Part shown: positions 1 through 12,522 of the stretch, piece after piece
Numbering within the stretch: the stretch's first letter is position 1
How the letters are laid out: every line of letters starts with the position of its first letter
Assembly (NCBI RefSeq): GCF_000143415.4
Contig: NW_003314411.1
Span: 1-60,611, forward strand
Origin: Selaginella moellendorffii
Lineage: Eukaryota; Plantae; Lycopodiophyta
Length of the DNA: 60,611 nucleotides
Direction: 5' to 3'
Notes under the pieces: generated by a model
What the model was told of the DNA's origin: nothing
Databases searched by the model: none
The model's input: only the letters and a program-made list of their open reading frames with translations
Translations under genes and position numbers: made by a program

Positions 1-823
1 AAACTTACTCTTGGCGGCATTCTGTTCCCGCAGTCACTCCCAATCTCCCGCGATACTTTCTGTAAAACCCTAACGCCGGCAGCTGCCCTAACCCTAACCT
101 AACTTTCATCACAGCCGTTCATCATGGATGCAGTAAATCTTCACTGTACAATAAATAATAAATCTAGCACACAATTTCTATTCCGCCCTAGATTTGATCA
201 CGTGACAAAGTCCTTTTGAATTGTAATTTAATAATGGAGGTGTGCTCTAATATGACTATGTCATAATGTGAAATAATGTCACAGACGCATGTGTTGAATT
301 GATCACAGTACGAAATTGTTAAAAAATATAAGATTATTAAACTGTAAGGTGTTATTTCCAAAGTAATGTATATAGATAATTTACTATAGGTGATAGATGG
401 TAGTACAAAGATGGAATATATTTAAATGAGTTCAGAAGAATGTGATGATTTCTAGCTTTAATGAAGTACTGAAAATATGTACAATATTTAATTTATTTGG
501 CAACAATTGGTTGATGGTAGATCCTAGAATAAAATCATTCCTATCTTTTATATTATGGCACATGCTTGACGTGATATTTCTTTCCGTTCTACCAAAAGTT
601 AGTGCATATAATAAATTTGAGTATGTTTTTGAATTCAATGTATATAGACTTTTAATATTGTACAACATAGTCCTATATACTTCATACAGAATTTATTATA
701 ACAACATTATTCAATGTTAGATCCTAGAATAAAATCGCCCTATCTTTTCACATAATGGCATAGCACATGTGAGGTGACATTTCGTTATAAAAGTTCAGAG
801 TTCCAAAACCTAAAGGCAACAAA

Positions 824-3800
824 ATGGAGGGCTTCCTTTTGCATTACCAAGATCACCCACCGCTTTCTATCTCCCAGAGTCTTATTTCAGAAAGTTTTCT
901 TTGCCGACGTTTCGATCTTTCTCTCGGTTCTATTTCATTGGAAGCTGTGATTCGCAACAACATTGGTGTAGTTGAACGATCAGAGTTTCTTCTTTCGGGT
1001 GTAGGTGAAGGTGGACAACATTGGGATTTGCAACATTCCAAGTCGAAAGAGATTCGAGTTTTTGGATCTCCAATCAAAGTGCGAGGCTGTGATCCTGCTA
1101 AAGTGAATGTGAAGCAAGAGTCGGTCGTCATCATTTCTTCCTCTTCTAGTTCTAGTAGAGATGTCAGTCCAGTGCGAGCCAAGAATTTCCAAACTCCAAC
1201 TTCACTGATATTCCAAGTTGTTTGCAACGCTTTCCAGTTTTCCCGCCTCTCTATCGACGTGCGTTCCTTTCTGCATAGGCTCGTTAGCGAGCTCCCATCT
1301 ACATACAATGGCAATATCTTCTTTGAACTACCACCTCTTGTCAGCTCAAAACAAAAGGGGATGGAGACGAAGCAAGATGTCCATAACTGGTGCAAGATCA
1401 AGACCACACATTTCCAGCATTTTGAAGGCACAGTGTCCATGGTTCATTGTGGTGGGTATTTGGATTGTGTGAATAAAGCATGCAATCAAGAGCGTGGTAA
1501 AAACTCCATATTTTTTGAAGGATCTGCAACCAATCCTCCCCTCTGTGACACCATTAGTGTTGGATTCAAGTGTTGGTTTTGCAAGAATGCTCCATTGTGT
1601 CGTGCCATCTGCGGGGCCAAGATGTACTATTTTCTTCCACGGGATGGAGAGGTTGGTAGAGCTGCAGTACATATTGGCACGCACACACATCCAATGCAAG
1701 AAGGGATACAAAGGAGTTCAGTCAACCATTTCAAAGATGCAGTGCAGATAAAGACTGTGAGAAACTCATCTGCAACTCCGAAGCATGTTCAGAAGACAGT
1801 GCTCAAGGATTTTATCGCAAATACTTTACTTGATCCGGACTACAAGAATACTCAACTGGATGAGGCTAGCTTGCGGGAGTTACTACGACATGTGCAACCT
1901 GCAACTAGCCTTAGAAGGTATGAAAATATTATTACATACTTTTCAATAATATCTCTCTTACATTTTGTTTTATTTAGGATAAAGTCTTGGATGTGTGAAT
2001 CTCGAGAGGGGAAACTCCAATCAAAAATCGACTCAATCCTTGAACTAAAACGGACTTGTCCCTATGAGTTTATCCATGGGAGTTTATTTTCAGATCAAGT
2101 CGTTAGCGAGCAAGAGCGCCCCTTCGTTTTCAAAATGTCTACCATGGGCCCTGCCTCTGGTGTGGATCTTGTTTCCCGAATGGATATGTCTGGGTCGAGT
2201 GACCTTGCTAATGCATGGGTACATTTTGACCATATGGAGCGGGTGGCAGGTTGGACAACCATGGGAGCTCATGTGTATGATCCAAGGTAGTTTTTTTTCT
2301 CATTATCTTAAAATGGTTTTAAACATTGCACTTTTCACAGGCTACGTTGTAACTTGACAATTGCAACGGCAGAGTTTAAAGTACAAGACCAGATGGCTCA
2401 AGAAATATTTTGGAAGTCCCTCTCCGACATTGTATTGAAGCGGACTGGTAAGCCTGCCAACTTTCGTGGTTTCATGGCAGATGGGGCTGGGGCTAATTGG
2501 AATGGTGTCCAGGCAGTCTTTGGGAATGGTCTACCCCTAGAAGGTCGTGAGAGGACATGTGAGTTCCATTGGGCTCAGAGCCTAAACCAACACTGCCACC
2601 TTATCAAGCCAGATTTCCAATTAGCATTTAAGGAGTTGTGCAAACAATGGCAAGTTGCACCTTCTGAAGAAGAGCATGAGGCAAAAGCAAACAAGATTCG
2701 AATGTGGTGGCGTGAAGATGGCCATACTGACGTAAGTTGTCTACCACAACTTGAGTCGTGGTTGGGGTGGTGGGAAGTTAGAATGTTCCAATGGGGACAT
2801 CACTCTTTTCAGGTTGGTTTTTCTTTTTTTCCTCTCTTTTTATTGCTTTTTAATATCATCTTTTTATAAGGATCAACCACTTGAGGATCTTGCATACACC
2901 CCAACTGTGAATCTCTCAGAGAGTAAACATTGGAGCTGGCGTTCCTCTGAGGCAGGGAAAGGGAAGATGAGTCTATATGAAGCATGTCTATCAGATTTGA
3001 TACGCGCTGTAGAGCAGTCTTCAAAAGCTTTGGCATTTGAGGAAGGAAGATACATGGGAACAGGACCTTCGATTGAGATGTTACACGATCGGATGAAGAA
3101 GAAAGTGACTCCACCAGCACGAACAATGGCAACTGCAGTGGAGGAAGTGGTCCGCGGCACATCTATGGAGTACACTCCTCGGGCTTCTATTGGTGATATG
3201 AAGACCGTCCGCTCAAAGCGTCGATTTTCTTTTGCTGGTGAAGATGTTGGCACGGATCTTGGAGCAAAAAGCTCTCACAGGCCTGATGTTGAGTATCATT
3301 CTGCTCCAAGACATCGCCCCAGAACCGAACCACCTCAAGTGGCTGATGAAGAAAGTGCATCACAGCAAGTTGAAATTGCTTATCGTAGTGTGGAGCCGAA
3401 GCAATGGGCAATCCGTCGAGTGCCAGCGAAATCAAATGTAAGGTGTGTGGGGATGCTTCCAAGGGGCAAATGTTGGGCTTGGATCCGTGGTGATAAGTTT
3501 GCTTCTGTTCCAGCCCCATGTTTCCATGGGGAACGAAAGCAAGCAGGATTTTCAAGATGGTGTTGGTTATATTGCTGCAACTCTGATGTCAACCATACAA
3601 AGCGGCTTGAAGACACTATAGTGACTAAACCTAATGCAGTACCTAAAGAATGGCCGGTTGCTAATGGGGTTGCGCTCACCTCGGATGAGATTGAAAACCT
3701 TGAGAAATCTGGTTTCAATCTTGAGAGGAGAGTTGGAGATATGAGTGACAGAACCAGAACTATTCCTACAGAGATGCATAGGAGGCCAGCACGAAAAGGT

Positions 3801-4148
3801 AAGGCAGTTAAATTTATTGGTACTGTCTTCAAGCAGAAGCAAGGTAAAATAAACTTGGCTCAAACACTTGAGTGTGAGATTCTCTCCACGAAGTACATCA
3901 CTGCGCTCGCAAAGGAGTACACAGTCAAAACAGAAGGTGGAGAGTACACAATTGCCATTCAAGACTTTCCTTCTTGCACATGTCCAGACTTTACGAAGCG
4001 CAAGGAACATGGGAAGGCATATGCTCCTTGCAAGCATATGTACTACATCTTTATCAACATCTTGCACCAGGATCCTAAAGTGGATATTCATATACACCAA
4101 GCAAGCCTTACTATTGCTGAGTTGCAGAAAACTTTTGGAGCTAATTAG
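824..4148 (+). CDS. Mutator-like (MULE) DDE transposase with N-terminal GCM-like Zn domain and C-terminal SWIM finger. Exons 824-1917, 1978-2286, 2341-2812, 2871-4148
   Basis: GT-AG introns of 60, 54 and 58 nt join the three long ORFs in frame. Motifs VHFD, FMADG, CEFH, TVNLSES (D-D-CxxH-E) and SWIM CTCPDF..PCKH. No TIRs recognised. Confidence 0.85.
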
Positions 4149-4772
4149 ATTTTCCAGCACTATCGATGTTTATTCTCTATCAATAATATAAATTAATTAT
4201 ACCTTATATAATTAATAAAAATATTTTATTATTTCACTTTTCATTTCATATACTTGTAAGGTTCTTTTTGCAATACTACCCATAGTATTTGTGAGTCTCC
4301 ATTTTTGTCTTTACCTTCTCAAAAAATATTTCGTGATAGTCTTTCGGGTGTATGATGTTACAATGTATTGTGAGAGCATATGTACCATCACAGTTTTTTT
4401 TTTTCCTTTCAAATGGTTATATGGCCTTATATAGAATCTTAATTCAAATTTAATAATTTAAAAATTCTGATGAACCTGACATTTACTAGCTAGAAAGCAC
4501 AGAGTACAAATTTAAAGAAGTGACAAGAATACTCTTTTTGCAAACATTTTATTTTATATTCTAACAAACGTTTCTATTATTGCATGTAGTAAATATTTAA
4601 ATTATTAGAACAAGAAGTGTCCTTTAGAACATTTTTATCTATATAATATATAGAGAGTTATGAAATTATTAAGTTCGCCATAACTTTAAAATTTTAAAGT
4701 TTATAATGTTTGTACTAAATTACAATTGAAAATTGAGCTCAACTCGTGAGCTCAACTCTTCAGCTCGTGAGC

Positions 4773-5990
4773 TCAAGTATGGTCCACGCTCCCAACGAGC
4801 AGCGCATTGTAGCTCTCCTTGCTAAGTTCCTCCTCCAGATCCTCCACCATTTCCCCGTGTATCTTGTCGAAATCCTCCGGCATTCCCATCTTTGAGTAGC
4901 CGCAGAGGAGAGTGTTGTAAGTCATGGCGTTGGGACGAAAGCTCGAGCACTCGCTCTCGCCCAGGAGATTTGCGAGGCCTGGCGAGTCGCCCAGCCTCGC
5001 AAACATGGCGATGAGGATGTAGTACGTGACTGCGTTTGGCGAGCACCCCTTGCAGAAGGCTTTCATCTGTTCGAGGATGGAGAGCACGGTTCGAGCGTCA
5101 CCTTTCTTGGCGTAGGTGAGGATGAGAGCGTTGCAGCACCTCGTCGATTGCTTGCGCCCCTTGCCTTTGAGATCGTCAAACCAGATGCGTGCTAGCCTCA
5201 GGCTCCCAACGACTCCGGCGTAAGAGATCATCGTCGCGTAGAGCTGCTCGAGCTGCAGTCTCTTGGCTGATAGTAGGACCATTGGATTGTTTGTGAGCCA
5301 TGTAAAGACCTGGCACGATCGTGATATAAGAACGCGATGGACGGAGAGGACGAAACAATAAAGAATGTCACCGACAAGATCAGACTCGATCAGGCATGAA
5401 AGATACAAGCACGGAAACAACGAGAAAACCAAAAGAAATCCCGCCCAAGAACACCAAAGTTTGACGGCAAGGAAAGCAAGAAACTCATAAGAAATGCTGG
5501 AAGAACAGCCACGAAGTACATAGCAAATCAAAAGAAACTGGAAAATGAGAGAAAAAATCTAAGATTCTTGTGTACCTCTAAACTGCAGTGGTGATAATCC
5601 CCCTCCCATGCGATCGCCCAGCATAGGAATTCAGAAACTCTCGAAATCTCTCACGTAGCTCTTCTTGTCTAAGATCGCCTCACGCGCCCCCATGGACGAA
5701 GCATTCTCGAGACGCATTCTCAAGAGCCTGCCGTAATATCCTGGATTCGGCCGCTTCGCTCGACCCCAGCATTGTTCCAATCTCCCAGAAACAACGAGCT
5801 TAAATCCAACCTAGCATTCCATAGCCGTGATACTTCCCGGGCCAGCAAAGGTACTTCTCCGTGCGCAGGGGAGGACTCCTTGTCGTACTGCCTTGGCTGC
5901 TTGATCACAGAAAAATAGATCTCGGCAAGAATCCTTTGTCGGCTTTGTTCCAAAAGAACGCGCTCCAACACGTCAGCCCTAACCGACACG
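4773..5990 (-). pseudogene. P-class pentatricopeptide repeat gene remnant
   Basis: About 4 PPR motifs (CCNALILTYAKKGD, PNAVTYYILIAMFARLG, PNAMTYNTLLCGYSKMG). Truncated in mid-repeat; upstream exon has stops. Confidence 0.7.
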
Positions 5991-6269
5991 CAAGTCCTAA
6001 TTTAGGCATGTCAGCCCTAACGGATCAGCTTGAGAGACCGCATTAGTTTAGGCTAAAATATCTCTTATTATCTCGTTAATCTCTGCACTATCGGTGTGGA
6101 TAAGAAGAAAAAACAAGGGATAGACAATCCAGTGTGAGGGGTCCCATTTTTTGGTGAAGTGTTTGGAGACATGCCACAGTAAAGCAAAGGGCAAGTAAAG
6201 AAGAGATCACAAGCAAAGCTTTGGAGCAAGGGCAAGTGAGGGCAAGTGAGGGCTATGGTGAGTGACTGC

Positions 6270-7620
6270 CATGCCACAAGCTTTTGCAATGCATGACTCT
6301 CTTTCAGGATCTGATTGTTCTCCCAAACCTTTGCCAATTTGTTTTCATATTAGGTGTTGAACTCCATAATCTGTTGTTCAAATTTTGACTCTTATTGTCC
6401 ATGCACCTTCATCAAATGTTGCATAACCTTCAGTAACTCCTAATTCTCATCACAAAGCTGCTACACATCAGTGACCTATTGCATGATTTCTCTAGTGGCT
6501 AACTCCATCAGCTCCCCTCACATCTCTCGAATCATAGCAAAAGACCTCTCCTCTCACAACTAGACTTAGGATGCCATGAGCTGGTTCCATATACCCCCAA
6601 ATTGCTAGCTGAGGATGGAATGCCTCCATTTCTAAGTATGCTTGCAAATTTGTTGTAGACGAAAGATTCCTAGCCCCTTGAACATCAAAGCCATATGTTT
6701 GAGCCACTAATCCACAAATTGACTCCAATCCAACTTGATCTCAGCCTTCAACAACAACTCAATCACACTTATAGCTCCAGTGGTAGATCTTTATAATTGG
6801 AGCCCAATTTGGTGTTGTCATGCTAGAAACAACATAAAACTGGTGATGGCATCTTGAATGGAAAGTGAAGCATTACTTTCCTTTGACCTTTGCTCTTAAC
6901 CAACTACTCTCTACTATGCCCTGCTCATGATCCCTCGGTCATCCCCTCTTCAAAAGATAACAATATCACTCTAAAAGCTCATGTATAAAAGGAATTTCTA
7001 TGTTGGCACATTTTCAAACTCAATCCTCTAGTTTGATTGCTTTTGTATTGTAGCAATGTCTCTGGACATGATGTTCTACTTGCTCAATAGTGTCTGGATA
7101 GCACAAACATTTTGCAACAACACTCCCTTCTCAACTTGTCTCTATGGACCACCCTACGGGTTGTCCATTGCACTTGGATTTTCAATCCAACCAATCTCTT
7201 GCATTGCAAAGCCTTCATAATGTCCTTTATTTCCCACTAGATAGACCCCAAGTGCCTGTATTGCTTCCTCCTTTGTCATTGGCATACTCCTTTTGCTTGG
7301 CTTGTCACTCTCTTCTTGAGTGAGATTGACTTCAATCTTGCCTCTCTTAGCTAAAGACAGCCCTCCTGCCTTCTTCCTAACTCCTCTCTGCTGCCCCAGT
7401 CTTGCATTGATGGAGTCCACTTGCTCTATAGCTGTAGATCCTTGGATCCGTAGATGGGAGGATGGCAAGGATGACTATGCCTTTCTTCTTAAGTGATGAC
7501 AACAAAGGGGGCAGTAGCCCATTTCAGTTCTTGCCCATCACTCACCAAAACATGCTGCTCTAAGTCACCCAAGCTCCACCTTCTCTTTGCTCCTCACCTT
7601 GCTAAGATACCCTAAGCGCA
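6270..7620 (-). mobile_element. Degenerate coding-like region downstream of the host gypsy pol (possible extra ORF)
   Basis: Broken minus-strand ORFs (6492-6728, 7154-7468) that follow the integrase stop and a purine tract. No recognisable domain. Confidence 0.3.
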
Positions 7621-7935
7621 AGATACCCTAGGTCGTGCCACTTAATCTGGGCCATTGATCTCCTAGGGTCCAATTTAGACCATTGCTTGGGACTTAAAAA
7701 TTTCTGCCTACACTAAGATCCTTGAGAGGACTTCCATATAAATTAGATTCTCACCAAGCTTCTAATATAGGGAATGCAAAGTCACTTTCACTTTTTTTTC
7801 TTTTTTTTCCTTTTTCTTTCACTTTTCATTTCTTTTTCTTTCTTTTTTGTTCTCTCTCTTTCTTTGTCTTTGTTTTTTTTTTCTCACTCTCCCCCTCCTA
7901 CAACTTACCTTTTACACATTTCCTTCCCTAGTTTG

Positions 7936-8208
7936 TCACCTCAAACCATGTTCAACCTTCCTAAACACAAATGAGTGGTGGCATGAAATGAACTTTGGAG
8001 GATTCTTTGGTGGTGCCTCATATAGAATTAAGGTGTCAAAATGAGTTATGCTCCACCCTGCCACTCTGTAAGGTCCCATGATATCATGTGCCAACTTCCT
8101 CTTCCTCTTGTTCTTGTCCTAGGCATACACCACCTCATCCACACCAAATGATGTTGCTTCTTTATTTGGATTATGATGCCTTTCAGCATACCTCTTAACC
8201 TGGACATA
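7936..8208 (-). mobile_element. Ty3/gypsy integrase C-terminus (GPY/F module), left part of the interrupted host element
   Basis: Manual translation YVQVKRYAERHHNPNKEATSFGVDEVVYA*DKNKRKRKLAHDIMGPYRV. Confidence 0.75.
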
Positions 8209-9343
8209 TGTCGCGAATGTGACTTCGGGTATCGAAAGTTACTTGTCGACTAGTCCATACGGACACTCTTACCTTACTACCACGATGGCAGGAGGTCGGT
8301 ATTGCTGGACCCTTTATTAGCCCCTCTTGTTCAAGTGTTAGTAAACTGAACTTTGCATCTGTACTTGGCCGGATGAGCATAAGGACGGAATTCCTAAGTG
8401 TCTATTCAGCCAAGCATACTTGGCCTGGCTTTTTAGTTCTCTTTTGCTCTGTCTTGCACTGGCTTGACAAGAACCCTCGCGTATTGAGATTGGTCCCTCA
8501 ATATTGCTACATGATAGCTTACCGTGTCTGCCAAACACCCTCGCTATCATGCCCTTTGTGTTAGTCTCATTTCGGTCCCAAATGCTATTTATGGAAAGTG
8601 TCCAGATTTGCTCATTTGGCATATCTACGGAATGTAGAGATCGTCTTGAACATAATGGTGTTCGTCCCGTGTCCAAATTCGCAATCTAGGGACATTCCAT
8701 ATTTAGTAAGTTTCGAGCTTGTCCCAGAGACTAACTCCTGATACTAAGGGAAGCTTGGGGTGAAAGCCCAAAGCTCAAGGGGGGGGCTGTGGGGGGTTCC
8801 AAATGTATAGTAGGGATAGTGGGTAGGTCGGGCATGGCCGACCAACCTGAGGCATAGTCTAGCTCCTGCTTGCGTGCCTATCCTTGTTCTGCGTCCGGCT
8901 TGGGTCTAATCCCAAGTTCCATTCCATGCTAGTTGGTGGAGTACCCATATCCTCACGTTAGGCCACCGGTATGCCGAAATAGCGCCAGACTCCGTTTGGC
9001 TCCATTTTGCGTGCTGCTCCTGGCATTGGGATGCTAGTTGCTCCAGGACTGTTCCAAGTCGCTCCGGGCTCCTGTCCCTTCGCTCCTTGGGCTTTATGCT
9101 CGGGAGTTGCTCCGTGGTTCGGTTCCGTCACTCCTTGGCTCCATGCTTGGGAGTTTGGCATCGTTCCTTTGTTCAGTGGCCCAAGGCCTTGAACCTCAGG
9201 TTCTTATGGACACGTGGCATGGACACGTGGCATGTGACACGTGGCATCTGTCATGTGGCACAAAGAGGGTTTAGGTTCCGCTTTGTGGTGTTATCCTATG
9301 GTAAATCACCATAGGATAAAGGGTCAAAACCACGTGCGCTACA
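8209..9343 (+). repeat. 5' LTR of element A
   Basis: TG...CA ends (tgtcgcgaatgtg...cacgtgcgctaca), followed by a PBS. Inverted homologues at 12523-13658 and 18112-19266. Confidence 0.93.
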
Positions 9344-9345
9344 TT

Positions 9346-9357
9346 TGGTATCAGAGG
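9346..9357 (+). promoter_or_regulatory. Primer binding site (tRNA-iMet type)
   Basis: TGGTATCAGAGG, 2 nt after the LTR end. Confidence 0.9.
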
Positions 9358-12300
9358 ATGAGTCTCAGCAAGTACTATTCAATGAGATTGGGCAACTAGT
9401 CTCGTTGCATACGCAGAGATGAAAACGATGATCCGAGTGGGTACACGTTTGGTGCAAAGGGTTCACATTCGTTCCTTGGGTATGGTTTTGGTTACCTTTT
9501 GTACCATATTCTGTGAGCTTGAGCTTGGGCTCACAAAAGGGATTGAGTTGTTCCAGTTACATGAGTTTATGCTTGGGCTCGTGAGTGAGGCACATTAGCA
9601 ACTTAAGGTTACACTTTGAGTTGGCAGGATTAATGTTAGCCTCTTAGTGGTTCCATGAGTTGTTCTAATGGTTCCATGAGTTGTTCCATGTACCGTGGGT
9701 AAGAGCAAACCTTCCCTGAGTTTGCTATGAGTGGCAAATAGGCTGGTCCGTAGCTATTTAGCACAGCACTAGTAGATCCTTCCTAAGCATGATTACAAGT
9801 GGATCAATCAAGACTGTAGGGATTAGTCTATTGGTTCAAGTAATCATTGCCGTGCTCTCTCATAAACTTTTCTTGGATTGGACTGAAGGCAGTGCAAACG
9901 CAAGCTTGAGGTGCAGTCAAAGATGAGACCGAAAAGAGAGTCATCAGGGACGAAGGATCAAACACGTAAATCATTTTCTCTTCTTGGAGATATAATTTGC
10001 AACATGGTGTTAACTCATTGCTTATGTTCACATCATGCAATCAAGGTCCCTACCTTGATGCATGTTGGAAATGATGGTCTTGTAAATGGTGAGTCATGGG
10101 ATGGATAGCAGTGAAGCGCTAAACCATTTTGTCTAGGCTTGCTATAGGAAGACTTGGGTTGCAATGCTCAATTCTTCTCCGAGGAACCTTGCTATTGCTC
10201 CTTGAGTAGCTTGGTGTTAGATTAGTTTTGAGTTTGGTCAGAAAAAGAGTGGCATAAGCTTGTCCGTGTTGTGAACAAAAGTTAGTGATGTTGGGTGTTA
10301 TAAGTCTCTATCGGTGGAGTGTGGCATTTATGTTGCATTTTGTCGAATTGAGTTGGCACTTGATACTCACATAAACCTTTGAAATAATGACATTGGCATT
10401 GCTTGTGGTGTTGCTCAATTAATGATCAAGTCATTGTGATACTTATATCATATCTATGTGATAATGAGCAATGTGTTTACGAAGTTGCTTGGTTAAACGA
10501 TGATCAACCCCAAAGTGGTTGATGGTGAAGCTAGTCTACTTGCACGAAGTAGCATTGTAGTAGCTTTGACTGGATTCTCGATGGTGGTCCATTATGCTAA
10601 ACTTAAGTTGGTTCTTTATTTCCTTGAGGGTTTGCCCATAAAGTGTTGGAAAGGGTTGTAGCATTCATTTGCTATAGCTCATTAGTTGATCCGTTAACAC
10701 TTGGAGTAGATTGTTGGATAGAGAAGGTGTGAGGTTGAAGCATTGACATTACTAACACTTGTGTTAGTAGAAGTGGCATAATTATTTCAAGTGATGAGGA
10801 GTTTTCCTTAGAGCTTGATTTTCCATATCATTTTTCTTGTTCGTGTTTTTGGCTTCACATTGGATCTTGAAAGTGGTTGAAGAAGAGTGTTAGTGCAATG
10901 TGGATATCCGAAGATGTGGTCTTCGTGATCAAGCCTTGGGTGTTCATTTTGCATCTTTACGGATGTCAGTGTTGGATATCGGAAGTATGGGCAAAAAGAT
11001 GTTCAAAGCTTAAGCATACTATGGGTCATGAGAATTTGTGTTGAAGTGAGCCTATGTGAAGTTGTTAAGTAGGAGGAAGTTGGTTGAGTCTTGAAAGTTT
11101 ACATTCCTGGACTGAGAGCCATTCTTTCTCTAGGATGGAAAATTTTCCACAAATTTTCTTAAGACTTTTCCAATGGCTGATCTGTTAATCATTTTGTTCG
11201 AAAACCATTCCGTTTTCATATGCCAGTATAAACTAGTGAAGGGGTTAGAGTTGACTTCGGTTGGCTTAGATCTTAGTAGGTAGTTTGTATGATGCAGCCC
11301 AAAAGGGATGCTAACTTTTGGGGCTAAGGCAATTAAGTTGGATAGAGTCTGGAGTTATGTAGAAAAGTGGCCGTTGCACTTTTATAAGAAAGGTGACCCT
11401 TGTGCCTTTCTTTTGTAGTGTTATGCTCGGTGGCAAGTTGCACTTTGCATTTCATTAGACTCTATGAGAGTAGTGAGCTCTCACTGATCTTGACTTGGTC
11501 TTGGTGGCTTTGCGCCTTGGCTGAGGATGGTGATGTTCAACTTAGTTGTTTGAGTTTGAGATGTTGGTACCCGTACTGTAGCTTTGTCTATGAGGAGGTT
11601 GTGTACCGATATGGATCCATCTCGTGGTCTTCACTTTAGTTTCGACTAAGTGTTGATTACGCATAGCTAGCCTCTTCAAGGCATGCTCAGAGCTAGTGGC
11701 TAAATGCATTGGTGAGCTTATCGCAGTTGAGTTGGATTTGAGTGGTCATTTAGTTCGTGCTTATCCATGAACCTTTATCTCATATCTGGGGTATCACATT
11801 CATGTTGGACAAGTGTATGACTAAATGACATGAGTTTAGTGTTTGGGTCTCATGAAAGCAAGTTGAAAAAGTGATTGTTAGTTGCTTGGCAACTAGTGAT
11901 TGCTTGTAGACTTTGTCAATGACTGTTGACACTTGCTTCACTCGATGAAGATTTATCAGTGATGGGCTTGCTTTACCGAATGGGGTTGCGGAGGATCGTG
12001 TCGTTAAACTTACATGGGTTTTCCATGTTGGCATGTCGACTCTACCTCTGTCGATATCATTTGGTTGCGTTTAGTTCATGGTGTTAGATTTCATGGAGTC
12101 TTGGATGTGGTGATTCACTCCTTGAGGAAGTGTTATCTGTGACTGAGTATTGTTGAGAAATTGGTCTCGGATACTATGTAAAGTATCTCCGACTTTGGTT
12201 AGCTTGGTTGCTAGAGAGCTTTAAGTGGTGATACACTCGTGCTTTCTTCTAGCTTTGTTCTAGTATTGATGGCATTAAAGTGATGCCTTGTCGTTGACAT

Positions 12301-12522
12301 TGTTGATGTTGAGATTTTAGTGAAATGAGATGTCTCTCTGTAAGATTGATATTAAGTTTCATTAGTCACAATAAAGATAGTGTTGATGATTTGGCTATAG
12401 CTTTGTGTTATTAGCATTCGTGCATTTGCTAGTTAGCAACTATGTTAACGTTCAAATGAACTGGGTGGCAAGTTTAAGTTAGTTGTGTTCTAGACGAGAT
12501 TATTTAGTAGGGGTTAAGCTTA

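Larger units (their letters stand above)
8209..12522 (+). mobile_element. Element A: 3'-truncated non-autonomous LTR retrotransposon
   Basis: LTR, PBS and a non-coding internal region homologous (inverted) to about 15490-18111. Stops abruptly at the element B LTR. Confidence 0.85.

Noticed and set aside
60-105. accctaa repeats as a telomere
   Set aside because: Only 3-4 dispersed units, more consistent with telo-boxes near a gene 5' end.
8958-9314. Short ORFs repeated in all LTRs
   Set aside because: Incidental overlapping frames in GC-rich LTR sequence; conservation reflects LTR identity.
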